This document shows, piece by piece, positions 14,182 through 27,388 of a DNA stretch of 64,000 bases (position 1 is its first letter; each line of letters begins with the position of its first letter). The translations under genes and the position numbers were made by a program. The DNA comes from Bigelowiella natans CCMP2755 (taxonomy: Eukaryota > Protista > Cercozoa). The notes under the pieces are model-generated. The model made no database searches. It saw nothing but the letters and a program-made list of their open reading frames with translations, and was not told the DNA's origin. The stretch lies in assembly GCA_000320545.1 (NCBI GenBank), contig ADNK01000411.1:4783-68782 (forward strand). Direction: 5' to 3'.

Positions 14182-14751
14182 GCGCGCGCGCGCACACACA
14201 CACACACACATACACATTATACACACATACGCATTCATGAAATTTATTTATTTATATATTGTTGAATAACGTCATCCTCGTTCATTATTATGTTGATGAT
14301 TGATTATTTGATGAATATGCTCTTGCCTTCGGTGTATCTCCGTTGAGAAATCGGACCACCTGTACATAGCAGTATAGTTCGCACAAGATATCAATCCTTG
14401 TCCATACGCAGATGGTTACATGTCCATGGATGTACATTTAAAGGAAATCTTACCCCCCCCCCCCCATCTTCTTAATACGATATCAACCATGCCCTCATAT
14501 CACCTCTGAATCTTGGTCAAATACACTTCTGGCTTGGGAAGCAAATATCACCTTGAATATAATCAGCGTAGTAATTTCAATTGCTTAATTTCAGAATTTT
14601 CCCCCCAAGTTTCATATTTAAAAATAGCAGGGCTACTCACGATAATGTTTAAAGCAATAGTTGTTAATCAGATAGACATATATGATATTTCTTGGCCCTG
14701 GATTCTAAATCGCGAATCCAGCATTTTATCTCATTGCTTTTTCTTCTTCTT

Positions 14752-14782
<31 letters not shown>

Positions 14783-15523
14783 TTCATCATCATCATCATC
14801 TTCAAGGTGTTTATAACCGCTCTTGCCCGTTTGAAGTGACGTTCAAAGGTCTTTGGGTTCTTTAGATCTACACCGTGAATAATTTGCATCCCATAGGCAA
14901 GCTTCAAGATCATGTTGTCCGGAGTCTATTTATTCCGCGCCGACATATTATACCAAATATGAGGTTGAAGGTCAGAAAAGTAACGCATGAAATGGTACAA
15001 ACGTACTTGCACATAAATAAAGCCCTTGTATCTATGAGGGGTATGCATGTTGGGAGAAAGGTGGTAAGAGTAGTCCAGAATATTCATACCAATGCGACAA
15101 TCGATAATTAAGATAATAGCACATACCGGCTCTGATTCTCTCGACATAGCGACGACTCTTTCACCCCTCTCAGCCAAACCGATCGCGATTAGAGTTCCAA
15201 TTCTCAGCTCAGCCCCGAAAATTACGACAGGTGCCTTCAGACGCGCCAAAGGAACTTTTTCGACTGCTGTTGGATGAGCCGTTGTACCGTTTGACGCTAT
15301 GAAAACCACAGTCTTGTGAGGATTTGTTTCGATTGCATTTTATGAGACGTAATATGATTGACTTACTGTTATTGAATCTATCCGTAGATATTTCTGGCGA
15401 CGCTTTAAGAGATTGCCTATGCTTTCCGGTCGCAGTACACAATAAGAGCACTGAAGTTCCAAGGAACAGTAAAAGCATTCGCGATCGCAACTGCTCCGAA
15501 TGGTGTGAGCCTCTTCGACTCAT
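12234..15523 (-). CDS. Atypical SDR / NAD(P)H-binding Rossmann-fold protein (Tic62-NAD/NmrA-like) with N-terminal targeting leader
   Basis: Exons [40 protein letters not shown]...[34 protein letters not shown]...[18 protein letters not shown]; hydrophobic leader [17 protein letters not shown]; stop ~12234. Confidence 0.75.
13055..13210. repeat. Compound (TA)n/(TG)n microsatellite, intronic
   Basis: Directly visible; explains the spurious YIYI/THTH ORFs. Confidence 0.95.
13708..13800. repeat. (GTA)n trinucleotide microsatellite, intronic
   Basis: Directly visible. Confidence 0.95.
14134..14216. repeat. Compound (CA)n-(GA)n-(CG)n-(CA)n microsatellite
   Basis: Directly visible; alternating purine-pyrimidine (CG)n/(CA)n segment. 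Confidence 0.9.
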
Positions 15524-16066
15524 CCTGATACTTTCTTGATTCGCTAGAGACTAGAAGAAAGGAGTTCAGGATCTTAGAAATCACTGTGCCACGGTCGGTT
15601 CGGTAGGGTATCCGTGTTTGGTGGGTGCACAAGAGAAGAAGTATTTATTCCGTCTTAGGACGACACGCTATGATCGTTGTCGCATGCTAAGAAAGGGATT
15701 TGATTTCCGTTAATAATGGAAATTCTTGTACATCAAGCGTTCAGAAGATTGTCTTTGCGGTCAAAACGATCCCCCTTCTTGTCATTGTTGTTATTCTTGA
15801 AAACAAACCGTAGTCAAATTCTGATTCCTCGACTTTCAGACTTCTTTCCGGAAATCCGAGGCGGAAAACAGTCTGCGACATGGAATATGAACGATTAAAC
15901 GGGATTTCGTAGATTATTAGGGTTTGAAGAGAGGGTGCTTGCAGAAATAATCCCTTGCCAAATGAATGACAACAGCAAGGAGTGATTTCAAGCTTGTTGA
16001 TGCGCACAGTGAGAATAATTCGAAAAAAAAGCCAGGAGGGGTAGAGCAGGTACAAATCAGGCATCC

Positions 16067-17698
16067 ATGGTCTCTATACCTAGTCCAAAAAAAGCTCCTG
16101 CAAAGGTAATTCTTCCATCGTTCATGATTTTTGAAAATGAAACTGAAAGGTGATTGAACATGTTAGCTCATGTAATCCTAGAATTCTGATAACAAACTTG
16201 CATATTCAAGGATGAACTGAGTAGTCAGCCCAAAAAGAAGAAGAGCCTTCCAGGACCGAAGAAGGTTTGGGGAAAAAATTATCCACATGCAAATCAAATC
16301 TAAAATATTTTCTGTCTTCTTCTTTCCAGCCCAAAACAGCCTATAACTTTTATCAACTGAAGGAGCGAGATAACGTTTCCAACGAAGTAAGATGATATTC
16401 ATATACTCATGTGTGTCTATGACATAAATTTTTCTCAAATGCAAGCACTTCTATGTCAACATTCCTTGAAACGTAATAAATGGAACAGTCCACAAAACAC
16501 TAAAAAAATATTTTACAATGTATTAGGTTTGGGAAAGGCTTGGACTGGATTGTAACAGGGTAACACATCAGTCTCTCATTTGTCCTATTGTATGGTATTC
16601 TTCATAATTATCCATATTAACTATTACTGCCAATTCAGATTAAGCACAATGCTGAAGTGGCACGAATTATAGGCAAGCAATGGCGTGAACTGTCTACTAA
16701 AAAACGAGAAGAGTTTCAGCGTCTTGCGAAGGAAGATAAATTCAGATATCAACGGGTCCTTAGCACCACCGTTCGTTTTGCTGTAGCATGTAGAAGACGA
16801 TACAAAACGTATCTATTTTTATAATTGCATCTCTAGAATTATCCCGCGAAATTCTTTTACATCGACACATTTTTGCACATCTAAATAAAGAGGTGTTTAT
16901 TTTTAGGAATTAGTTGGACATGGCAAAAGTGTATTGGAATCTTCATCTTCATCCAAGCAGCTCAGACCAGCTTATCCGACAAATCATGCCAAAAATTCTC
17001 AGAAACGCCAAAGAGCACCCTCTTCTTCCTCATCTGGTGCTTCACAAATAACTAGGCCTTTCTGCAGTTCGAAGATTATTATAGATCCTAATTTAAATTC
17101 ATCGCTTTCTAAAGTGAGTACGAATCCTTTCTCTTCGAGCTCTTACAAGCATGATGCGAAGAGCGCAAACTTTCGAGTATCTCCTGCAGTTCCTACCGGT
17201 GCAACTTTGACGAGCAGAGCAAAATGTGCCAGAATTCCACTGGATGCCCCATCATCGTCATCCCATTCATTACTTTTGTCACAAAATAACATTATTTCTG
17301 CGAAGCATGGCTTTACTGGCCGAAATCCAATGCTATCCCCGCCCAGTCTTCCCATGTCTGGATCTCCTCTTGTGTTTCCTGGCAACCATAGTAACCTTCT
17401 AGACTCTTCTTCTCATCAACAAAGTATTCCTTCCGATTCCAGGGGCTGGTGGTGGAATCAGACTAGTAGTGAAGTCGGAAGTGTTAGCATTGGTGATTCT
17501 CGGTTTCAAGGTAGCGGTAGTAGGGAAAACACAAAGTCATCTCTTCCAATATCTTGTTGGAGTAAATCCACTCCGTCACAGTCACCACCAACATACCCTG
17601 AAAATGATTTAAAACAATCAACCTCTCAAGCTCCACAGCCCTGCGCTGAGCAACAACTTAAGGAAGGGAAAGATACAACGGACACGTTCTTTGTATGA
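16067..17698 (+). CDS. HMG-box DNA-binding protein with Ser/Pro-rich C-terminal region
   Basis: Spliced PGPKK|PKTAYNFYQLKER...|IKHNAEVARIIGKQWRELSTKKREEFQRLAKEDKFRYQR|E matches the HMG-box consensus; terminal exon is the 254-aa ORF 16934-17698. Start uncertain. Confidence 0.85.
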
Positions 17699-17759
17699 GT
17701 TTTTTGAGCATCTAAATTCATCTCACATGTCACAGTGTTGCTGTGAGCGCGCTCCGTTT

Positions 17760-18600
17760 GCCATTACTGGATGAGGGCCTGCGCACAGGCATTCATCCTA
17801 ATGAACAATGCTAGAATGACTTGCAATGAATTGCATAGCATGCGAGGCGTCACGCCGTGAAATCCAACCGACTTGCTCGCTAGTCGCCGAAGCGGCAGTG
17901 GCCATGCTGGCATGCCAGCATGCACGTGAGCAAACTGGCAAAATCGCCACTGATTGTCGCTTGCGATGATCATCATTCGACGCTGGCAGCTCCAGAGCTG
18001 GCATCAAATTCATGCAATCAGGCGAAGATTTTCCTCTCATGGCACCAATGTTGATCTCAATTGCACAATCAGGAACTTTCCAAGTGCCACGCTGGCACGT
18101 CGATCCAAGCAGCGATCCCAGGATCCACGGTCGGGTCGCCCGAGGGAGCACCAAGCAGGACTTTGGTTTTGCTGGAATCTGAAGCATGAAAAAAGGAAGA
18201 GCAGGCAGCAGAGCCAAGACCCAGCTAGCCAGGGCCACTCTCACATGCGAGAAAAGTCTGTTCCTCAAATCATTGACTTGGGAGTGCTCTCAGGAGGGAA
18301 CAATGAACAATGAACAATGATGACAAACCACATTTCCAAAATGTTGCAAGAGGGAACAATGAGAACAATGAGAACAATGATGAAAAACTTCATTTCCAAA
18401 GTGTGGCAAGACACTTGCAGTGCACGAAATGCAGTGCCTCGAACTGGCTTCAGTGAGGACTGACTAGCAAACTAGCGAGGGATGTCGCGCGATGTCTTGA
18501 TGACTTGCAGTTTGGGAGAGTTTTAAGTTTCTGATGTCCTGTAATTTGTTGATGCGACTTGCAATTTCGGAGAGTTTTGAGTTGCTGAGGGCCCTCCTCA
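17760..18600. mobile_element. Degenerate repeat/transposon-like relic, strongly TpA-depleted
   Basis: Internal imperfect direct repeats (aacaatgatga..catttccaaa.tgt.gcaaga twice at ~18313-18411; gacttgca.ttt.ggagagtttt.agtt.ctga twice at ~18502-18588) and composition unlike the flanking genes. No recognisable transposase or RT. Confidence 0.4.
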
Positions 18601-19052
18601 CCCCTCCCCAGCAGATCAAATCAGGAACGAGAGCACCAACTCATTGGTGGTACATACACCACCTGCAGGGGGTAACCGTTGCAAGGTCGATGAATTCTCG
18701 GTCTTAGTGAGCTCTACGTAAAACCTCTAATTCATAGACAAGAGTAAAGGAAGCCAGGGAAGATGGGACGAGGAAGGAGGCTCGAAAGGGAAAAGGAGAG
18801 AGAGAGAGAGAAAGAGAAAGAGAGAGGAAGAGAAAGAGAGGAGAGGCTGGGGAGAAGACGAGGGAATATTTGAATCGCAAATCTTCATCCAAAGGGTCAA
18901 CAAACGTTGCACTTGTGCATGCTTGTCGGCACACCCTTCACCTACTAGGGAGTATGTGTGCGAACAGTCAGTAGTTGCTACATACGTTCAAGTCCACACA
19001 TTGACTGTTTCCGGGACTCTTTCCGATGTATATAGTTGGTTTAGGTAGAACC

Positions 19053-21292
19053 ATGTCTATTCAAATATCAAATCACCGAAGGAAAGCATCTAAGTCGAAG
19101 ATTCCCATCTCTCCAGGGCTTATGACGAGTACCCGACCCAACTTTTCATTTGATGACAGCAGCCCAGAATCTGCAAAAAATATGTCTTCTATCACCACTC
19201 CAACGGCGTTTTATCCAGGAGGGTAAATCACACACATGCAAATAATATTTACAAATATTATATATGTATATATTTACACTCCCGTGCCTGTTTTTCGTAT
19301 ACCTTGTGAAATGGATCATCATCATCTTCTGATATTATTATCAGATCCAAATTATCGCTGTCCGACGAGACTACCTTGAAATCAAGCATGCAGAATGGTG
19401 GACCCAGAAACGAAGCAACCATCGTCAAACCACTGTCTGGATATATAAACTCTAATTAAATTGGAGAAGCTGCAATTGTTAATTCTTTTGGTAACCCTTA
19501 TAGAAACCACCGTTCCAAGCAATCAGCGACATCTAGCACCTCTTCATCAATGTCGAGTAGGAGGCCTACGATAATGAAGTAAATTGTTTTCGTTCCATAC
19601 TAACAGTCAAGTTGTCATCTGTCATCATCACCATCGTTATTGTGCTCACATAAAGGTTGAGCTTGAATAAGAGGAGGCACTCGCCTAATCCTAACCATAG
19701 TCGCATTGAGAAGAGGGCGACGAACCACGCTTGCGCCACCAGCAGTACAAACACGCCCACTTCTTCATCAACAAAAAGGAAGCTAAGCAGGTCTCCAGGA
19801 ACATCTCCTCGTGTTTTGGAGCTAGCATCTACCAGAGCACGGGCGCCTTCTCGGTCCAGGTCGCCTAACAGTAGTACACCACGAAAAGAATCAACACCGA
19901 GAGCGCGGAAATCAAGTAGGAGCAGAACTTCCAAATCATCGAGAAAGAAGTCTTCTCCTACCTCAAAGCTCCTAGATTCGTTCTCGCGCAAACAGAGGAG
20001 CAGCTTGGACGAGGATGATACCGAAGAATCGTCAAAGCGAAGGACCTTGAGAAAGCTGTAAGTTCCTCTCCCACTACTACTTGACACACAATTTGAGAAC
20101 AACTGTGACTTTCTGCAACTTTCTCCCCCGCGCACTCCTTGTTTAAAACATCATCATCTGCTTACTCTCACAGATAATATTTGTTATTATTTGCCATGGA
20201 GTAGCTCTCGGGGTAAAAATCAAGGTGGTGCCTCAGGGCAGAATATGGAGAAGAAAACGGTGTTACCACTATATTCAGCAGCAGCCGCAGCAGCCGCAGC
20301 AGCTGCTTTAAGTCCCTCCTCTTCACATTCGAATAGCACAAGTAGCTTGTCTTCATCAGCACCTATCAAAGATTCCCTAGTGTCGCTATCACACACTCTG
20401 TCTAGTTTTAATCCCGAAGACGACGACCGCGTTGATGTCACTAAATTGCAACAGAAGAAGGAGAAGAAGAAGAAGAGGGCAAATGATGAAAGCAAAGTAG
20501 TAGTAGTAGCGGAGGATGACGGGGAGGAAAATTCTAGAGAAAAACTGATAAGAGATGGGAGACGGAAAACGATAGTGTTTCGACGTCGTGCTTCTGGTCA
20601 TGAGGAGGACGATATATCTCGAGCAAAGATAATAAGAGACGAGAACCGCAAGACGATAGAGCTTCGACGCCATTCTTCGGATCACGGGGGTGGGGATTCT
20701 GGGGGAAACTCGATAAGAGATGAGAACCGACAAACGATACAGTTTCGACGTGGTCGTGCTTGGGATCACGATGATGAACATAGCGTTGATAGCGGGTCTG
20801 AATTAGGACAGGGCAGTTTGCAAAAGAGTGAGGATTCGGTCAAGGTAGGCTTTACCCGAGCCCCCACAGTAGTACTAGGCGATCGAAACAACGCCCTGAA
20901 GAAGCAAAGACAAACGATACTTCTAAACCGGAAACTTACTACTAGTCACGAAGACAAAATGGCGAGGATGACGCTATTCTCCGATTTCCCCACCGAAGGA
21001 GAAGAATCCAAAGGAGATAATGCGGCCAGCAATTCCGATTATGAGCTAAATGCTGCATATGATGAGCTAAGTGCTGCTGCAGACAATTTCGCAGAAGTTT
21101 CGAAAAAGAGGGCAAGGGCACGACTTACTGCGAAGTGGGCGTCCTCAGAGAAATTCATGGGAAAGCCAACAACAACAACAAAAACAACAACATCCAACAA
21201 CAATAATAGGAATAATATTAATAGTAGTACTAGTAGTGGTGGCACTGCTGTTGTTGACCAGGACGCAGGTAATGACATACAATCACAAACAA

Positions 21293-21328
<36 letters not shown>

Positions 21329-22628
21329 GGACGCATGGCTGTTGTTATTGTTGTTGTTGTTGTTGTTATGGAGCTTTAGGAGATAGCATTGGAAGTATAT
21401 GATACTGTCATGGTGGTGTTTCTAGGTGCAAGGATCCAGAAGCGTGGCAACATTAGCGATGAGGAAAACTACAACTTGCGAGTGTGGATAAGGCGGCTTA
21501 AAGAAAATATGAGCGAAATGGAGGAGCAGGTGTGCGATTATTCGACAAACCATTCGTGTCCCGTCGTCGCTCAACTTGAATTTTTGTTTGAAGAACAAGA
21601 CAAGAATGAGGGAAGTGAGAACGCAGCACAAGGCGGAACTTAAAATACTTCAACGAAAATTGGACGTTGCATTGAAGGTGGTAGTACCTGCAAATGTACC
21701 ACGAATGTCTTCGATAAAAACCACAGAATATATGTACTAAATACCTACCTGTGCAGAACGCTTCTTCGCCAGGGCAAACCTTGTCCCCTCCCCAGAAGAC
21801 GGTAAAAGAGTTACAGCAAGCCAACCGAGAAGAGATCAAGGACATCAATTCAAAGGTATATGTGTGAATAACTTTCAACTGCCATCGCAATGTAAGTAGT
21901 AGCATGGACGCTTCTTACCTGTCGCAGCTCGTCGTCGTGTATGCTAACGAAATGGTGTATTATTTTTATTGTTGTGGTTCCAGGTGGACATCTTGGAGAA
22001 TGTCCTGGAGAGATTAAGTATGATTTCATACTGAATCATAGCTTTTTTACCACTGTAGTGTAGTAGTAGCGATCCTGATATATCAGTACCGGTGTTTCAA
22101 CCGACCCCCTCCCCCCTCCACAAAAATGTATGTTTTGCTTTGATGCAGTTGATATGTTCTGCTGACACTGATGCTGTCTGATAGGTGCTCATCGAAGCTC
22201 CTCGAATCTGTTGGTGCTGCTGCCAAACGGCGGTGAGAATAGCGATCCCCACGCACAAGCGACGACAGCTGATCTCCAATCTCTGCAGAGGCAGGAGCAG
22301 GATATCAAGATGACTCTGAAAAGAGAGAATACATTGATGGAGAAGCAGATTGAAGGGCTCCAGAAGAAAGTTGCTGATCTCGAAGAGAAGAATAGACAAT
22401 GTGCGTAGGCAGATCTCCTCCTTCCTTTTCCTCTTCTTCGTTCAAGCATCTTGGATTGATTAGCGTTTCTTGTGTGTAAACGCATAATAATGATAATAAT
22501 CATCATCATCATCATTACCACCACAACAATAATAATCATCATAATAATAGCCGATATCGAATCCAATCTATCTCGGAAGTGGGCGCATGCTGTTGAGAGA
22601 GAGCTCATTCAGGAGAGAGAGGTTATAA

Positions 22629-22668
<40 letters not shown>

Positions 22669-23301
22669 GCCTGTGCTATCTACTATCATGCCATTGTTAC
22701 CATTGCTACGATCGACTTCCCTATAAGTGACGGATTAGCATAATGATACGAGATGGTAATGATAATGATGGTGATGATAGTGATGATGATGCGTGCGGCA
22801 TCGAACCCTATCCTTTGTTTGTCTATCAAAGGCGTAGTTTTGCACTGTCGCTAGATACCCCACTTATCAATAAACCCTGCCTCTTTCCGTTTTCATTCGT
22901 TCGTAAAGACCACACTGGCACGATTATCACGTGTACATATCTCGAAGACTAGATGCTCCACACACACAGCAATCGCATGCTCTCAGTAGTCGTAATTGGT
23001 TGTTGTCATCATCATGATCAGGAAGCTGCTGCGTACGTATCACGGCTTCTTCGTATTGTCGGAAGAGTTACAGGGGGGGGGGGCATGGATAAAATGGGGC
23101 GTACACAGATCGATCATAGTTCTTTATCATTTTTCTGTGATGAATAAAGTAATAACATCCTATGTGGCTTGTTGTTGTTGTTGTGTTGTTCAGGAAACAC
23201 TCCGTCGTGAGGCCTCTCGCGAAATGAAGCTGCTGAAGCCCGTCTTTGGTACTGCTACTATCGAAAGATCCGCACCGGACATATTGTGATGATGATGATG
23301 C

Positions 23302-23333
<32 letters not shown>

Positions 23334-23450
23334 GTGACGGTGATGCTGAGGGCGATTGCGGCGTTCCTCGATAAGGATGACTATGATAATCTAAGATGAG
23401 GTTCCAAAAAGAGGGACCAAAAGTGTTGAATTGAGTCGTGTGTTGTTCGG

Positions 23451-23486
<36 letters not shown>

Positions 23487-23650
23487 TTCCTGCCTCCTAG
23501 GTTTCTCGCTTTCCGAAGACAAGGATGGTGCCTCGAAGAAAGTTGTTATTGGTAATATTGAATCAGAAGGGCCAGCTCAACGAGCAGGGTTGAAGCTTGG
23601 AGACACCTTGGCTACATTAAACGGTCGGTATTTTTATACATAATATTTCT

Positions 23651-23696
<46 letters not shown>

Positions 23697-24097
23697 ATAC
23701 ATCTTATATTACCATTTTCAACCCAAAATTTATCACCGAAGATTCAGCGCAAATCCTTTTGTGGGAAGTGGGACGTGGCTTGCTTCCTTGGCAAAAACCT
23801 GCTAAATAACGAATTTGATCTCTTCATATATCGGCGACGTTGCATTCTTTCAAAGGATGATCCTCCTCCTCCTCCTCCTCCTCCTTAACATATTTATATA
23901 CCGTAGGTCATGTGGTAAAAGAGAAGAGAAGCTGCCTCATGTTCCTGAATGCACTAAGGTGGTGGTGGGTGGGGTGTTCATACCGCCCAACAGCAGTAAA
24001 AACAAACGTGTTTGCTCGCAACTATTGAATCAGGCCTCAGGATAAGGTACACATTGGACTTGAGCGAGATGGAAAGGCAAATCTTGTCAGCCTGGAG

Positions 24098-24131
<34 letters not shown>

Positions 24132-25291
24132 GCTGCACAACAACAATAACAACGACGACGACGACGACGCCATTTTTGTCTCGACTTGGAAGCAGAATGT
24201 ACATATGTCATCGGCAAACAACATATTGCATATTAACTTACCTTGTCATTACGACGAAGGTTGGGGGCAAATCCCTTGGGGCACGACCGATGGAGACCGC
24301 GCGGTTACGTCAGATAGTCAAAGCGAGCGGAGGAATCATCCCAATGTAGTTGAGATCATGAGCCAATGAATGATCACTATAAGGAATAATTTTGCTTTTC
24401 TACCGTTTGCAGAGAGGAGATCGAAGCCGCTTGCGAGACGAGCACATCAGAAATAATAAAAACATCAGATGACCTCCCATCTTCTTCCTCTTCTTCAAAA
24501 TTGAGTGACATTAATGCGATGGGGATGCAGGATAAGAAACCAGCAGAGAAACATCAGGAACGAAGATCACGAGGAGGCTCAGTTACGGAATTGCCACGAT
24601 CGTCATCATCATTATCACCATCACCAAGCAGCACTCGACGTGGCCTATCAGTCGGAAACGTCAGCAGCAGCAGCAGAGACAATGGCAAGAAGAAGAAGAA
24701 GAAGAAGAAGAAGCAAGAACGAGAAGCTACTACTGCTACTACTACCACCACTAGCACTACTACCGTTGTTCCTAACTGGAAACGAATAGGTACATGGTCC
24801 CATCCACTAGAAGAATCAGAAAGAAGCCAATATCTGCTACCACCACCAGCTGCCGACAAAGATCAAGAACAACATTCGTCATTTTCGTCGTCGTCATCAT
24901 CGACGGGTAAAACCATTGCTAGAAGCCGCTCACTCAACCGGTCAAAGCCTCCTGCTTCTGCTGCTGCTGTTGGGGCAGAATTGCGCACCTCCAGCAAAAA
25001 GTCTCGCACTAGCAGCAGCAATTCAAGAAAGTCACAAAAGTCGAAACGCCTGAGTTCTGAGAGTTCCGTTCGTCGCCGTTACAGCTATTCCACGGTGTTC
25101 AAGCGGTCCTCTTCCTCTAAACCGAAGGTTGGGCACAGGGATTCATATCTATCAATAGGAGGAGGAGGAGGAGGAAGGCAAAAGAAGAAGCAGCAACCCG
25201 TTAAAACTAAAATAGACAAATGGATGGATGATTGGATCAAAAAAAGCCCTCCTTTGCAGGTGGCCACATACGTTTATAATAATATGAATTG

Positions 25292-25330
<39 letters not shown>

Positions 25331-25354
25331 CCTCGGTGCGACCGGATGATTAAA

Positions 25355-25398
<44 letters not shown>

Positions 25399-25933
25399 CG
25401 TAATAGAAAGAATCATTGCCGCGCACAAGATGCCAAACAAGACGTGTCGATGTTTGAATAGGTCTCTTTCTCTCCAACGGGAGAAAACGGTAGCAGGTAT
25501 GAAGCCAAGTATAAGTTCGGAACGAAGGTAATGATAAGAAGGGTCTAAGAACTAACTACAGAAAAATCTTCATTGTTGGCAAAGTTAGGTGCATTCTGAT
25601 TGAAGTCGTTTTCCTTCTTTGACTTTGATATCAGACCATTCATCTCGTTATGTTCTGTGGCACCGTCCGCGTCCGTGTTGGCGGGGTACATTTATAATAA
25701 GATTTGCGTCATCATCATCATCATCGTTGTTGCCTTTGTTGAAACATTTCTCGATACATCTACCCATCAATCTTCTCGGTAAGAATGTCAATTTTTTCTT
25801 TCTTCCTTTTAACATCATCAAGGGTACATTAAGCCTCGAAGAATTTATCGCTCAAAATGAAGAGAACGAAGAGTCAAAAATGAGGTTGCTTTCTAATACG
25901 TCTACGAACGCAAATGAAACTCTCCCATTTTAG
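19053..25933 (+). CDS. Large low-complexity/coiled-coil protein with PDZ domain and C-terminal GAR (GAS2-related) domain
   Basis: PDZ: GFSLSEDKDGASKKVVIGNIESEGPAQRAGLKLGDTLATLNG (23501-23622). GAR reconstructed across exons: YKFGTK|TIHLVMFCGTVRVRVGG|GTLSLEEFIAQNE (~25510-25865). Coiled-coil exons at 21430-22400. Confidence 0.75.
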
Positions 25934-27388
25934 TACGTTTTAGCAGGATTTTCCATCAGTTTTGCGGGTAGGCGGACGTAGTTCTTGTTGCTATTTTGAA
26001 TTAACCTGGACCCGTTTCGATATTTTGAAGTTGAAGGTGATCTGATGGACACTTTCTTGATAATTATGTAGAAACTCCAGACCACCGACCCCTGTCTTGA
26101 GAAAGTGAAAGGCTGTCGACGAAGCCTATAGTATTTTGCCTTTTCCTTGCGTAGTGATTTATTACCAATGCATATTTGAGAGGCTATGATTTAAAATAGT
26201 AATATCGAACCACGAAAAGCAAAGCTGCAACTTGCTCTCGCGTCTTATGCCTTTGGTAACAGTTTACTAGCTGGAGTAACTTTAACATCGTCATACGTCC
26301 TAATTAATCTATTCATGTTACTGACGGTGCTGGCCGCGGTGTAACGTGACAACTAGAGACTTACTAGCGCTACCGTAAGAACTTACGCTACTCTACTCAT
26401 GCGATACGTAGCCGCGCTGTGTGCTGCGCCGGAGCGAGGGGGTTCGTGTGAGTTGTTCTCATCACAATGAGTCATCCCAGCTTCAATAAGCGTTGCATGC
26501 GCATTGACTGACATCCATGTGTTGAAAGCGCTAAGCCACACTGTGTCATATGCATAACGTGCTCACGCTGGCGGGGCGCTACTAATGTGCCGAAGTCGTG
26601 AGAATGCGAGAATGCTCCAGCTAGCTGCAATGTGGCAACGTTGTCTATATAGTTGCTAGGTTGGCTGCTGCATTGCAGCTGTGCTGTGCCGCACATTTCT
26701 TATTATTCTCGTAAAGACATCATTATGAGATGGACTAGTGCATGGATGCAATGATCAAATTGAATTTCATCAAATCAAATGCATTCATTCAAAGTTTATT
26801 GCGGCCACAGCGCTCAAATTGTGGACAATCGTTTCTGTTATGATGTCTTTCATGCATGCATGAAAACAAAGCAAATCGCTAGATCGAGCGGCGAGCGCGT
26901 CGCGCCGCACACACGCGCGTTCGTTTTTGTTCCCCTGATGGTCGTTTGGTTTCGTCGTCTCTCTCCATCATGGCAGTCAATTGATTGCCAGGTCTCGTTT
27001 GTTGATCATGCTCAGGGCAGCCCAACAAATCAGGTCTACGTCATCCAACATAGTTACAGTCTTGATGTTTCATCTATCGTAGGTTGCTGCACGTCTCTTG
27101 GTCTGCTATACAGACAGTGTTCGATTTCACTTCCAGCAACGATGAAGAGATACGATAAATGATGCCCATGTAATTGTGTGAGTATGCAGGCTATGCTACG
27201 AGATACGGTTCAGATCGTTGATAAGCTTGCATATTTATTGATGCGGAAAACTAGGCTATTATAAGCACATACATCTTCAATTTCAATACACATGACTGCT
27301 TGGCTATCACATCTCACTGCTACTGCTGGAGAACCACTCTTTTACTACCGAGGATTGCATTATTACAGCGCTTGCATGATAGAATCAT

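Noticed and set aside
12895-14265. ORFs with YIYI/THTH/poly-T/poly-Y runs (also near 22472, 25237, 30352, 56854)
   Set aside because: Translations of intronic microsatellites, not proteins.
17798-18313. Overlapping 156-aa and 119-aa ORFs on both strands
   Set aside because: Loss of TpA removes TAA/TAG stops and inflates ORF length; no recognisable motifs.
18295-18415. Spaced direct repeats as a CRISPR-like array
   Set aside because: Only two imperfect copies, no unique spacers, eukaryotic context, no cas genes.
17772-18593. 8-bp direct repeat TGAGGGCC (17772, 18586) as a possible target-site duplication
   Set aside because: No terminal inverted repeats inside it; an 8-mer match alone is compatible with chance.
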